Of a stretch of DNA of 64,000 nucleotides, positions 41,362 to 51,978 are shown one piece after another. The notes below the pieces were generated by a model. It was given only the letters and a program-made list of their open reading frames with translations, did no database searches and was not told where the DNA came from. The DNA lies in the NCBI GenBank assembly GCA_034521065.1, contig JAXHMW010000011.1, forward strand, positions 54,148 to 118,147. The letters run 5' to 3'. The position numbers and the translations under genes are program-made. Source of the DNA: Planctomycetota bacterium. Its GTDB lineage: Bacteria > Planctomycetota > B143-G9. Position 1 is the first letter of the stretch; every line of letters starts with the position of its first letter.

Positions 41362-42339
41362 TCAGACTCCGTGGAGCATCTCGGAATAGCTTTCCAGCCT
41401 CAGGCGCAACCGCGCATCCGCGGCACGCGGTTCATCACCTTCGACCGTGAGAATCGGCAACTCGAGCTCACGGCGAAGGACTATGTCCTCGATGGCGCGG
41501 AAGCAGAAGGTCTGGGTGTAGTGGACAACAGCCTTCACGCCACGCTTTGCGCACTGGCGGCCGATGTCCTGAACGCGAAAGTTCATGCCGTACGGATAGG
41601 AATAGGCCAAGTACTGTTGTTCGAGCGAGCCCTGCCAGTGCGGCATCGTGAACTGGCGCGGAATCTCGTCGAGCACCACCCGCAGTCCGAATTTTTCAAA
41701 CAACTCGGGCAGGTCGGTGATAATCGGCGGCACTCCGAGAAGCGCAATTGGCACTCCGTCAGTGCGGGGCTGTGCCCGCTCGCTGCGTTCGACAAGCTCG
41801 AATACCCGTGTCGAATACTTTTCGACATCGCCGCCGAAGTCAGATGAATCCAGCGCGATTTCATGGTAATCCGCGAACGAAAGCCTGCCTTCGGCGAGCG
41901 CATTGTCGAGCTTCTGAAGGCCCTCTCGGACGGGCCTCAGCATTTTTCGAACCTTTTGGGCTTCGACGAGGTCGGTGCCCAGCAACTCGGCGAACCGGGC
42001 CATCTCATCTCGCAATAGCTTTGCGTCCCTCTCGGCGGGATAGGAGAACGAATAGATTTTCACCCCTTCGCTTTCGAAGGTCTGCGCGAGTGCGAGGGTA
42101 TTGGAGCAGTCTCCACCTGTCACGGCGACGATGCCGTCCACCTGAACAAGCTCCCTCACGGCCGAGTACATTCCCTTTATCCAGCCGCAGCACGTGGCGG
42201 GGAAACCCTGTTCGTGGGCGTGATGCACAAGCGTACGCGGGTCGCCGGAGGCGACGAAGGCGTTGTTGAGGTCCAGCAGCGAATGGCCTGCGGCGAGTAT
42301 GATCTCGGAGGGTATGGTGGAGGTGATTCCTAATTTCAT
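41362..42339 (-). CDS. 2-hydroxyacyl-CoA dehydratase family (HgdB/BcrC/BadD-like) protein
   Basis: 325 aa. The N-terminal MKLGITSTIPSEIILAAGH, cysteines in CCGWIKG and GGDCSN, and the C-terminal VVHYTQTFCFRAIED ... PILTVEGD are typical of this family. Confidence 0.65.
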   Translation of the reverse strand: MKLGITSTIPSEIILAAGHSLLDLNNAFVASGDPRTLVHHAHEQGFPATCCGWIKGMYSAVRELVQVDGIVAVTGGDCSNTLALAQTFESEGVKIYSFSYPAERDAKLLRDEMARFAELLGTDLVEAQKVRKMLRPVREGLQKLDNALAEGRLSFADYHEIALDSSDFGGDVEKYSTRVFELVERSERAQPRTDGVPIALLGVPPIITDLPELFEKFGLRVVLDEIPRQFTMPHWQGSLEQQYLAYSYPYGMNFRVQDIGRQCAKRGVKAVVHYTQTFCFRAIEDIVLRRELELPILTVEGDEPRAADARLRLRLESYSEMLHGV

Positions 42340-42341
42340 GC

Positions 42342-43514
42342 TCAGGGCTTATAGACCCTGCGGTACACGTTGAGGGCTGCGCGGGTCTCGGCGGCGGTGA
42401 AGCTTCGGTTGCGCCTTTCGGCCACCTTCTCGGCGGTTCTCACCGCTTGGTCGAAACGGTACATCTCCGTATGGAGACCGTCGAACCAACGGAAATGCTC
42501 GATGTACTTCGGCAGGAAACTGCCGCCCGCGAAAAGGTTGCAGAAACCGCCGATAAGCGAGCCTGTGGGAATGAGAGAACCAATCCCGAACTTCGTGTGC
42601 GGGCCGCAAAGCATGCCGAACTTGTTCATGCCGGTGTCCATAGTGCTGTCTGGGGTGCGCAGCCGAACGGGGCCGTAGGTGTTTTTCAAGTTGCTGTTGG
42701 TGGTCATCGCGCCGAGGTTCACGAAGTGGCCGACGTAGGAATGGCCGATGAAACCGTCGTGAGCCTTGTTCACGCAATCCTGAAAGACCGTCCCGAACAC
42801 CTCTCCCTTGACCCTGCAGTCATCTCCGAAACTCGACGCGGTCAGTACCGAGCCGACGATGTCTTTTTGCCGATGTAGAGAGGGCCGACGAGGTGCGTAA
42901 AGGGCTTCACAATGGAATTGTCGTCAATGAATCACGGGGCCTGCGGTTGTGTCAATAACGACGTTTTTTGCGACCTTCGCGCTGGCAGCGATGTGCAACT
43001 GCTCCGCGGGCCCGGTGCAATCGAACTCCTGCGAGTATCGCTTGAAGAACCTGCGGCCCCAGGCGAGAACGGTTCCGAGGACTTCACCACTTCCCAGGGC
43101 TTCCCTGAGTCAGGAACTCGTCGCCTTCGTCATCGAGTTCTATGTTCTGAAGGGGGGTATCGGAAAGCTCTCTGAACGCCCCGCGAGTGACCGCTTGCAA
43201 AAGGGATTGCCGCTGCTCCGCCACCTTGAGCGCGTCGAAATCAGGCCGGGGATGAGGGCGCTGTTGACGAAGATGGCCTCCTGTGGCAGTTCGTCTTCGC
43301 TTACTACCTTGCTCCTCGGGCTGAGTGCCGCTGCCACTTCTTCAAGCTGGCGGGGCGGCAGAAGTAGTACGTCGGCACCGTCAAAGACCTTCCGCCAGCG
43401 CGCAAGGGTCTTGAGTGCACCGGTCCTGAGTTCCCAAAGAGGCACGAAGTCCGCAAAAGGGAAGAATCGTGCGCGATAAGCTGGGTCGTAGAGTACTATC
43501 GGCAGCATGTTCAC
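42342..43514 (-). pseudogene. Putative sugar-nucleotidyltransferase / left-handed beta-helix acyltransferase (alternative GlmU-like); 4 frame breaks
   Basis: The N-terminus is MNMLPIVLYDPAYRARFFPFADFVPLWELRTGALKTL. Protein-like sequence hops frames near 43248 (cccc), 43093 (ggg), 42930 and 42865 (aaaaa). The hexapeptide-repeat C-terminus is in ORF 42342..42800. Confidence 0.55.
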
Positions 43515-45246
43515 CCCCTGCGACGAGGTATGCGTTTTCTCGGGCGGCGGCGGGGCCGGTCGCTCGGTTCGGGTTCCGGTTCGGCGATGGGTTCGGGCAC
43601 ATCAGCGTCGGCCACGAGCTCTTCGGGCTGGTCCTTGATGCCCGCGTGAGGCGATAAAGCCTCGATGAGGTCTCTCATGCTGTCGTAGCGCTCGGACGGT
43701 TCCTTGCGCATCATCTTCACAACGCAGTCAATCAGCTTGTCGGAAATATCCTCGACCAGGGTCATCAATGGCTGGGGTTCGAGCGTGAGCGTGCTGGAGG
43801 CGATATCCACCCAGTTCTCACCCCTCATGGGCGGCTGGCCGCTAAGCGCGTAATAGAGAAGTGCGCCGATTGCGTACTGGTCGGACTTTTCATCGGGCAC
43901 GCAGCCCTTGATGACTTCGGGCGCGACGAACGCAGGATTGCCTACCGGCAGTGCAAGCACACCGTTGAGGCTCGTCTGAGTCTGGAAGCCGATGTCGAAG
44001 ACTGTCGCTTCGGAACCGGATGAGACGAATACCTGCGAAGGAGACACATAGCCGTGGTGGCTTCCCTTGCTCATGGCGTACTTGAGTGCTTCGGCAACCT
44101 GAAGGGCTATCTTGGCAGCGCTGAGGGCTGGCAGCGGCCCACGGCGAATGACGAAGTCCTCCACCGAGTGGCCCTCCGGAAATTCGAACACGTAGCACGC
44201 GGTGCCTTCGATCTCACCCACGTCAATACCTGCACTGATGGCGTGATGGCTCATACGCGCCGCGTTGCGGGAGTCGCGGCGTATCTCCTTTGCTACCGTC
44301 TCGTTGTTCGAGAGCTTCGGGTTGAGAACCTTTATGCCGACACGGCGACCGAGGCTTTCCTGCTCGCCGATATAGACGGTGGACACCATAGAACGGGAGT
44401 ACGGTTCGATAACCCTGAAGTCCTTGTAAGACTTTCCAATAACTTCGTCCGGACAAGGAGTTCGAGGTCGAGAACGTGTCCCCTTGGAACTCGGAGTTCG
44501 ACACCGTCCATAACGAGAAGTCTTCCGAAACAGTTGGGACAGGAGACGCGCTGAGTAGTGGTCGAGGGCTCGCGCGAGGCTATGACCGAACACGTGTCGC
44601 ACTCGAGCAGTTGCTTGCCCTGGGTAAAGAGAGCCTTGACAACTTCCTTGCGTTCTACCTTGCCCCATTTCAGAAGGAGTTCGCCAATGTGAACGGGACG
44701 GTCGGATTCTTTCAGCTTCTGCTGCTCTTCAAGGGCTTTGACCATGGTGGGCTCGTCAATGAGTTGAAGGGCCAGGAGAATCTCACCGAAGGGCTTTCCG
44801 CGCAGTTCTTCCTCGTCGGGCAACGGTTCGAGTTCCGGAACGTCCTCTTCCACCTTTCTGGGCTTCAGGGGTCTTTTTCGCATTCGCGGTTTGCGTGGCG
44901 GACGACGTCGGCGAGGGCGCGGCTTCACCTCGTTGAAGCTCGGACGGGTCGAGCGGCTCCGGTTCAGCTTCGGACGCGGCAATCTCCGAGGGGCAATCTC
45001 TTCAGGCTCAGACCTGTTCCACACCGCCTTCCGGGGCCTGCGCGGGCTTGCGAGGCTTGTTCTGCTCGCTCATGCTCATTCTCTTGCGCAGCATCGCAGC
45101 CTGCTTCTCGTTGAGAAGTTCGTGCTTTACAAGTTCCTCTATGGCATCGGCATCATCAGAAATGTCCTTCAGGGCACTGTCCAGTCTTCCTTCTCGATAA
45201 GGCCATACCGTTCAATCATCTGTCGAAGTTGTTCTATGTCGCTCAT
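43511..45246 (-). pseudogene. Ser/Thr protein-kinase-like protein (degenerate catalytic loop) with N-terminal GspE_N/MshEN-like repeats and a zinc ribbon; at least 3 frame breaks
   Basis: N-terminus [21 protein letters not shown], then frame hops near 45180, 45025 and 44456. Contains FGEILLALQLIDEPTMVKALEEQ and CDTC...CPNC. The kinase core has VGIKVL, but HHGYVSPSQVFV replaces HRDxKxxN and DIGF replaces DFG. Confidence 0.6.
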
Positions 45247-45938
45247 CTGTCCGCCTTCCTTATTGCTCTTTCTCCGCCGCACACTTTCTGACACACGCCA
45301 CAGATGTGATGTGAGACGAAAGAGATATGCTGGTTCTCACAAAGTCGTTTATAACATGCTTCGAGGTCGAATTCCTCGAAGGTCTCTCCAATTGCGTTGG
45401 CCGGGCAGGCTTCCACGCACGCACGACACTCTCCGCACTTGCAATACAACTGGGGCTCGTCCGGTTCGAGCGGTGCGTCAGTGAGCATGCTCACGAGCCT
45501 CACCTGCGAACCATAGCGCGAAGTGACGATCAGGTTGCTTCTGCCACGCCACCCAATTCCGGCCCATGCAGCCAGGAGCCTGTGCGAAATGTGGCCGACC
45601 ATGGGCTTGCGCTTCACGTTGTGACTCGCGCCTATCGCCACACCGAGGTATCCTCGCTCTTCAATAGCGGTAGCGAGTTCATAGGCTACCCTGTCCAATT
45701 TGTAGTTCACCTGCCGATAGTGATGCATGTACAGCGGGTTGGGTCTGTCGGCAATCGTTTTGAAGACCCCGCGGTGCAACGGCATGGCGATAACGAAGGC
45801 CCGATTTACGGGGACATCGCCGATTCGTTCCATGACGTTCGGCACCCGGTCACTCACGGCATCAAGGTCCGCCACGCCGGTGAGCTTAGCTCCGCCGGAG
45901 AACGCTATTTCGTCCAGTTCTTGCCTGAGTTCGCTCAT
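45243..45938 (-). CDS. 4Fe-4S dicluster protein, epoxyqueuosine-reductase (QueG)-like
   Basis: 231 aa with [18 protein letters not shown] and a second cysteine cluster, [12 protein letters not shown]. It is shorter than canonical QueG, so only a family-level call is possible. Confidence 0.55.
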   Translation of the reverse strand: MSELRQELDEIAFSGGAKLTGVADLDAVSDRVPNVMERIGDVPVNRAFVIAMPLHRGVFKTIADRPNPLYMHHYRQVNYKLDRVAYELATAIEERGYLGVAIGASHNVKRKPMVGHISHRLLAAWAGIGWRGRSNLIVTSRYGSQVRLVSMLTDAPLEPDEPQLYCKCGECRACVEACPANAIGETFEEFDLEACYKRLCENQHISFVSHHICGVCQKVCGGERAIRKADR

Positions 45939-45940
45939 TC

Positions 45941-46960
45941 TCAGGCTTTCTTTCTCGCAGAGGATAGCACATCGGCCACGATGTCCGCGGGCGCGATACC
46001 CTCGCTTTCACCCTCGAAGTTACGAATAAGCCTGTGGTTGAGAGCGCAAAGCGCGACCTCGTCCACGTCGTCGAAGGAGATATTCGCCCTGCCCTGTGCG
46101 AATGCCACCACTTTGGCGGCGGCGGCAAGCGCGAGAAGGCCCCGTGGCGAAGGCCATAGCGCAGGTATTTGCGAACGGACTGCGGGGAGTTTTGAAGCCC
46201 GGGCGTAGCGTCACGGACGATATGCGCGATGTAGCGTTCAACGTTGTCGGGAATAACGACTTCTCGCACTCGCCTCTGAAACTGCAGGACCTGTTCGGAT
46301 TTGCACACCTTTTCGGGCCGGGGTTCCTCTGAACCGCTGAAACGGCGCAGGATGGCGGTAAACTCATCAATGCCTTCAGGCTCGATGTTTATCTTGAAGA
46401 GGAATCTGTCGAGCTGGGCTTCCGGCAGGGGATAGGTGCCCTCAAGGTCAATGGGATTCTGGGTGGCGAGAACGAAAAACGGTGCGTCGAGTTCGTGAGT
46501 TTTTCCGAGCACGGTAACGGTGCGCTCCTGCATGACCTCGAGCAGTGCGGACTGCGTGCGAGGAGTGCCCCGGTTGATCTCGTCCGCAAGAAGCACATCC
46601 GTGAACACCGGCCCCTTCTGCGAACTTCACAAGCGCGGAACCTTCGCCCTTAACGAGTACGTCCGTGCCGGTGATGTCGGCGGGCATGAGATCGGGAGTG
46701 AACTGAATGCGCCCGAAATCGAGGTCAAGGCATTCGGCGAGAGTTGTCACGAGACGGGTTTTCCCGAGCCCGGGCAAGCCCTCGAGCAGGCAGTGACCAC
46801 CGGCGAACAGCGCAACAAGCACCATTCGCACGACCTTCTTCTGCCCGATGATGACCTTGCCGATTTCGTCGGTCAGGACGGAGAAAGCGTCGCTGAACTC
46901 CTTCAGTTCAGCACGCGGGCCGCCGGAGTCAGCGCCATTGCCGTTTTGTTTTTTGCTCAT
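45941..46960 (-). CDS. MoxR-family AAA+ ATPase (copy 2); two apparent frameshifts (near 46613 and 46152)
   Basis: Contains [23 protein letters not shown], then, after a shift at gggg, [28 protein letters not shown] and [24 protein letters not shown]. After a second shift the C-terminus reads [29 protein letters not shown] and ends at the TGA at 45941..45943. Confidence 0.85.
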
Positions 46961-46978
46961 ATGTTTCTCCCGTGTCTC

Positions 46979-47275
46979 TCACGGCTTAGAGTCGCATATA
47001 CACGGGTTTTGTTCGCAATCGGGGCAGACAAAGTAGTGTTTTTCCATGCACTTCTGAACGTCAACACCCGCAATGTTGGCAACCGAGAGCAGCCATGCCA
47101 GCACGTCCGCGAACTCCTTTTCGATGTCGTCATGGTCTTCCCTCAGTGCCTCGGCAAGTTCGCCAACCTCACTGACAAGGTACATGAAAGTCCCGTCCAA
47201 ACCTCGCTCGGAGTCCTTTTCGAGATATATCTCGGAAAGGCGGCGCTGGAAATCTGAAATAGAACGCCCTTTCAT
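46979..47275 (-). CDS. MazG-like nucleotide pyrophosphohydrolase domain protein
   Basis: 98 aa. LVSEVGELAEALRE...EKEFADVLAWLLSVANIAGVD has the EXXE-type MazG helix pattern. Cys-rich C-terminus CPDCEQNPCIC. Confidence 0.65.
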   Translation of the reverse strand: MKGRSISDFQRRLSEIYLEKDSERGLDGTFMYLVSEVGELAEALREDHDDIEKEFADVLAWLLSVANIAGVDVQKCMEKHYFVCPDCEQNPCICDSKP

Positions 47276-47276
47276 A

Positions 47277-48456
47277 TCAGAACGGCGCGGCCAGACCGGC
47301 GTTTTCGTATTCGAATTTCAGAGAAGCCTTGTATTCCTCGAAGACCGCTTCGTCAATGTGAGGTTTGAGCTTCTGCAGGTAGCCCCACGCTTTGTCAAGG
47401 TAAGGCTTAGAAAACCCAGGCCCGCTCCCACTGCAACCGCCATGTTATAAAGCTCTTCGAGAAGCATTCTCAGTTCTTCGCCCTGAAGGCCGGGAATAAC
47501 CTTGTCGTACGCGGCGAAGGCCTCGTCGTACTTCTCCTGTTCCATCAGGAGTTCGGCCTTCATTCGCAGAAGCTCACTGCTCGTGCCGAGAGCTTCGAGC
47601 GCGCCATTAAGTGTCTCCACCATTTTTTCCTGCATACCAAGTTGCTGATAGCATTCGATTAGCTTCAACCATACTTCCTCGTTCTTGGAGTCGAACTCGA
47701 GGTACTTGGCGAAATCATCGACGCCGCGGTTGATCACCGACGGTTGAAGGCGTAGTTGACCGTGGTCAAGGAAGGTTTCGCTGCGCTTCTTCCTCTTCGG
47801 AGAGAGTCTTGGTGGGCTCCGGTGTCGGAGTCGGAGTCTGTTCGGGAGTCACGCCATCGGTGGTTGACGTACCGCCGTTGCTGCCGCTCGTGTCGGTATT
47901 TCCGTCCCAGCGGAGTTAACGGTCGTGCGGGCGAAGAGCCTTCGTCGCCGCCCATTCCGAACGCAACGACAACGATGATGATGACGACAAGTACCGCACC
48001 CGCACCGCCGAGCATGAGGAACTTCGACGAAGAGGAAGAGTCGTCCGCGCTGACGGGCCTTCTTCTCGATGACCGACCACTGCCCTCGCTTCAATGCCGG
48101 CAAGGAGAACGAACGCTTACGAAGCAGGAGCGCGACGAGAAGCGGAAACGGAGCCATTGCTTTCCTCGTCATCGTCCTGCGCGTTCTCGTCCCAGCGGGT
48201 TACTACCTCGCTCATTTCCAGCATCATCTTGATGCAGCTCGTCGAGGAGCTGGTCTTCTGAGACGATCACCCTTCACCTGTAGTGGTGCAATACCAGTTG
48301 TAGTTCCCGCATCCACCTTCTTCTGCTCGGGCTGAGCAGCGGCCTTTCACGAGGAATAGTGAGACCACCGCCAGCGGAACACTTTGTTCTTCTTCCGGCG
48401 AATTTCTCCGGAACGTGGTCTTAGACGCGTAGAGGGCATTTGACGGAAATTCCCAT
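47277..48456 (-). pseudogene. Zinc-ribbon/TM/TPR-repeat protein; at least 3 frame breaks
   Basis: The ATG at 48456 is preceded by AAGGAG (MGISVKCP...). A TM helix (LGGAGAVLVVIIIVVVAFG) and TPR-like helices (ORF 47318..47737) lie in different frames. The C-terminus FSKPYLDKAWGYLQKLKPHIDEAVFEEYKASLKFEYENAGLAAPF is reached after a shift near 47412. Confidence 0.45.
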
Positions 48457-48505
48457 TTTCAAGGCTCCTTTGTAAGCCCTGATTTTACTGACAGCGAAGG
48501 GCGTG

Positions 48506-51500
48506 TCAATCTTCGTCGGACAGCAGTTCTCTTACTTTCTCCAGCTTCACGGAAACTATGCGTGTCACACCCTCGCCGGACATGGTCACGCCGAAGACGT
48601 TGTCCACGTTCTCGATGGTGCGCTTATTGTGTGTACGCAGAGGAATTGCGAGCGGTCGGTGTAGTCTCTCAGCAAGGTAACGAACCTGCCGATGTTGTTC
48701 TCGTCGAGCGGGGCATCCACCTCGTCCAAGATGCAAATCGGGCTTGGGTTGGCTCGGAACAGCCCGAGCAGGAGAGCTATGGCGGTAAGCGCCTTTTCTC
48801 CACCCGAAAGCAGCGATATTGCAGTCACTTCCTTGCCCGGGGGACGCAGAAAAAGCTCAACACCGGCCTCGAGTTTGTCGCCTTCCTGCAGGATTATGTC
48901 CGCGCGCCCACCCCGAAAAGCTTTCGGAAGCACTCGTTGAAGTTCAACCGTGTGCGTTCGAACGTGTCCGAAAACATCTTGCGACATCGTTCGTTTATCT
49001 GTTCGATAAGTTCCTCGAGAGATTTCTGCGAATCCTGCAGGTCAGCCTTCTGTGAAGTGATGAACTCGTGCCTCTCGGTCACCTCGTCCAGCAGGTCCAC
49101 CGCCTCGAGGTTGACGTTGCGAATCGGACGCAGCTTGCGCTCGAGTTCTTCTATCCGCGCAGAAAGCCCGGCCTCGTCAACATCATCTACAACGCGGTTC
49201 TGTGCCTCATCAGAAAGCTTGATGCCCATCTCCTCCATGCACCTTTCCGCAAGACCTTCGAGCTTGACCTCGAGTTCGTGCACCTCCAGTTTGGCATCCT
49301 CGCGCTCAGAGCGTATGCTCTCCATCCGCTCCTCGCGCTCACGGATTTCGCGGTCGAGTTTATCTATTCTGTCGAAGAGCTTTCGCTGTTCTTCACGGCG
49401 CTGTTCGAGCAAAGCACGCGTCTTTCGCAACTGCGAAGAGACGTCCACAACCTTGGCTGATGCATCGTCCTTCTGCTCGCGAGCCCGCTCTATCTCCGTG
49501 TCAGCACGCTGGACCTCGGATACGAGCCTTTCAGCACGCTGGCGAACCTGAGAGAGGTCGCGTTCGAACTTGTCTATTGAAGCCCTGCAGGAAGCGAGTT
49601 TCTCCGCAGAGGTGGCGGCCTCGACACGAGCCCTGGACAGAGCATCGGCGAACTTGTCCTTCTTCGCATCCAGTACTTCCAGGGAGCTTCTGTGTTCGGC
49701 GATGGTCTTCTCGATTTCGCGGATGGCGCTTCCGGTATCGGACTCGGGTTCTTCCTTTCCAATCTGCGCCTCGAGGCGTTCGCATTCTGCCTCAGCGTGT
49801 TTCAGCTTCTCCTTCCACTCGTCAATGGACGACCGCAACGCTCCCTGCTCGTGGCGTATAGAGGAACGCTGTTCGTTCTTGAGATGAATCTGCACTTCGA
49901 AGCGACGGCGAAGGCGGTTGCATTCGGCAGCGGTGCGTACGAAGTCCTCACGCCTGCTCTTCAGCGTTTCGGCCTCCTTTGAGAGCGAAGCATGGCGACG
50001 GTCAAGCTCGGAGAGCTGGTCGGTGAGTTCGGCTATCTCGGCACGCATGACGAAACGGCCCTGTTCGGCCTCGTCTTCGGCGGGACGCACTATGCGCGCA
50101 CGGCTCATCATCGCGCCGTTACGGTCAAACAGGTGAACCGGTTCGGATGGAGGCTCGTCGGGAAGCTCTTCGACGAAAAAGACATGTGAGCAGAGTTCCG
50201 CTACGCTTCCGGCAAACGGCCCGTCTGACGTGATGAGCTTGGACGCCGCGATTGCTCCCGGTACGGAGCATGCGCCAATAACAGGTTTGATTTCCGCTTC
50301 AAGTGCCCAGCGGCCTTCTCCTGCTTCGGCTACCTGCGAAGCGAGACGCGCTTCCGCAAATGCACCAAGCAGCGCATGCGCGGCCTTCTCCCAGCCGCGA
50401 GAGACGGAGACTTCGTCCGCAAGGACCGGACCTTCCAATTCATCGTTGCCATCAGCGTTTCGCTTTTCGAGCTTGCGAAGCTGTTCGATGCGTTTTTCTG
50501 CGAGGTCGCGTTCGTTGGAGAGCTCGGCAAGCGCCGACCGAAGATGCTCTGCTTGCTCCTCAACTTCCCGAAGCTCTTTCTCGTTGGCCTTCTGCCTTTC
50601 GACAACGGATTTCAACTCGTTACGGGTCTCCAAAACGGTCTGTTCGATTGCCACAAGGTTCTTCTCGAACTTCCGAGCCTTGTCGGTGGAGCCGTCAAGC
50701 TCTCTCGAATACCAGTCACGTTGCTCCTTCGCACGTGAAAGGTTGGCCTCCACCTGCGCGGCCCTTTTGCGTTGCTGCATCAGCCTTTCGCGTTCTTCAT
50801 CGCGCCGGGCCTCTGCTGCGCGCAGGCGGGTTCTCGCCTCGGCGATATCGGGATCGACTGACCGCATCTGCTCCAGGTACTGCTGAACGACCTCGTCCTT
50901 GCGCTGACGGGCGTCGTCGAGTTCGTTCTCGCGGTTCCTTGCCCGCTCGAGTTGCTGCTCAATGTCGGAAATCTCACGCTGAATGCGCTGTTGGTCGTCG
51001 GAGAAGGTCTTCTTGCGATGTTCGAGTTCCTCCACTCGTGCTTCGCACCACTCGATATCGGTGTCGAACCGAGCGGAAACGCCTTCGAGACGGATAATCT
51101 CGTTACCGAGCTTTTCGCAGGCCTCACGCTTACGGGCCAGTTCGTCGGCGAGCTGTTCGCGCTTTCCGGTCACCTCGCCGTAAGAAGTGAGCATCGTGGC
51201 GTAACCCGTATCGAGTTTGACAAGGCGCGACCGTGCGGACTCATGGCGTGAAGAAAACGAACGGTGGCGCAACACGAACATGTCCAGCTTCGCACTCGCG
51301 AGTTCCTCCTTCAATTGAAGGTACTTGCGGGCTCTGCTCGCCTGATACTGAAGCGAACGCTTCTGTTTCTCGACCTCGGACAGGATATCGTCGAGGCGTT
51401 CGAGGTTGTCGTTGACCCTTTCAAGGCGCCGGATGGCCTCGTTTCGTTGTTCTTTGTAGCGAAGTATCCCCGCGGCCTCGTCAAGCAGCTTGCGCCGCTC

Positions 51501-51965
51501 GGAAGCCGAAAGCTGGATAACGTTGTCAACCTTGCCCTGTTCGATCATGGAATACTCGTTCACTCCCAGGCCCGTGCCGAGTATCATCTCGCGAACGTCC
51601 TTCAGGCGGACCTTCCTGCCGTTGATTAGGTACTCCGATGTTCCGTCCCGGTATAAACGGCGAGCTATAGCTACCTCGTCGCCTTCGGTACGGAAGCTGT
51701 TGAGAGTGTTGTCGAATACTATCGTGACCTGGGCCATGGGCATGGCCTTGCGGTGCTCGTTTCCCGAGAAGATTACATCGGTTGACTCCGCTGCCCGCAA
51801 CGAGCGGAACTTCTGCTCGCCGAGAACCCACTTGACCGCATCGACAAGATTGCTCTTGCCGCTGCCGTTAGGGCCGACTATGCCGGTAATTCCGTGGTCG
51901 AACTCGAACGTAGTGGCATCGGCGAAGGATTTGAAACCTGACAGCTTTATACTCTTAAGAAGCAT
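48506..51965 (-). CDS. smc: Chromosome partition protein SMC; two apparent frameshifts near the 3' end (about 48913 and 48635)
   Basis: Walker A GPNGSGKSN and a long coiled coil. After a shift at cgggg the sequence reads GGRADIILQEGDKLEAG...LSGGEKALTAIALLLGLF...ILDEVDAPLD. After a second shift the C-terminus reads THNKRTIENVDNVFGVTM... Confidence 0.9.
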
Positions 51966-51978
51966 TTAACGTGGCGCC

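Noticed and set aside
48562-51969. Ser/Arg-rich plus-strand ORFs opposite smc (for example 48562..49551, 50230..50886)
   Set aside because: They are the antisense image of the Glu/Leu/Arg-rich SMC coiled coil. Their low-complexity composition and lack of motifs argue against coding.
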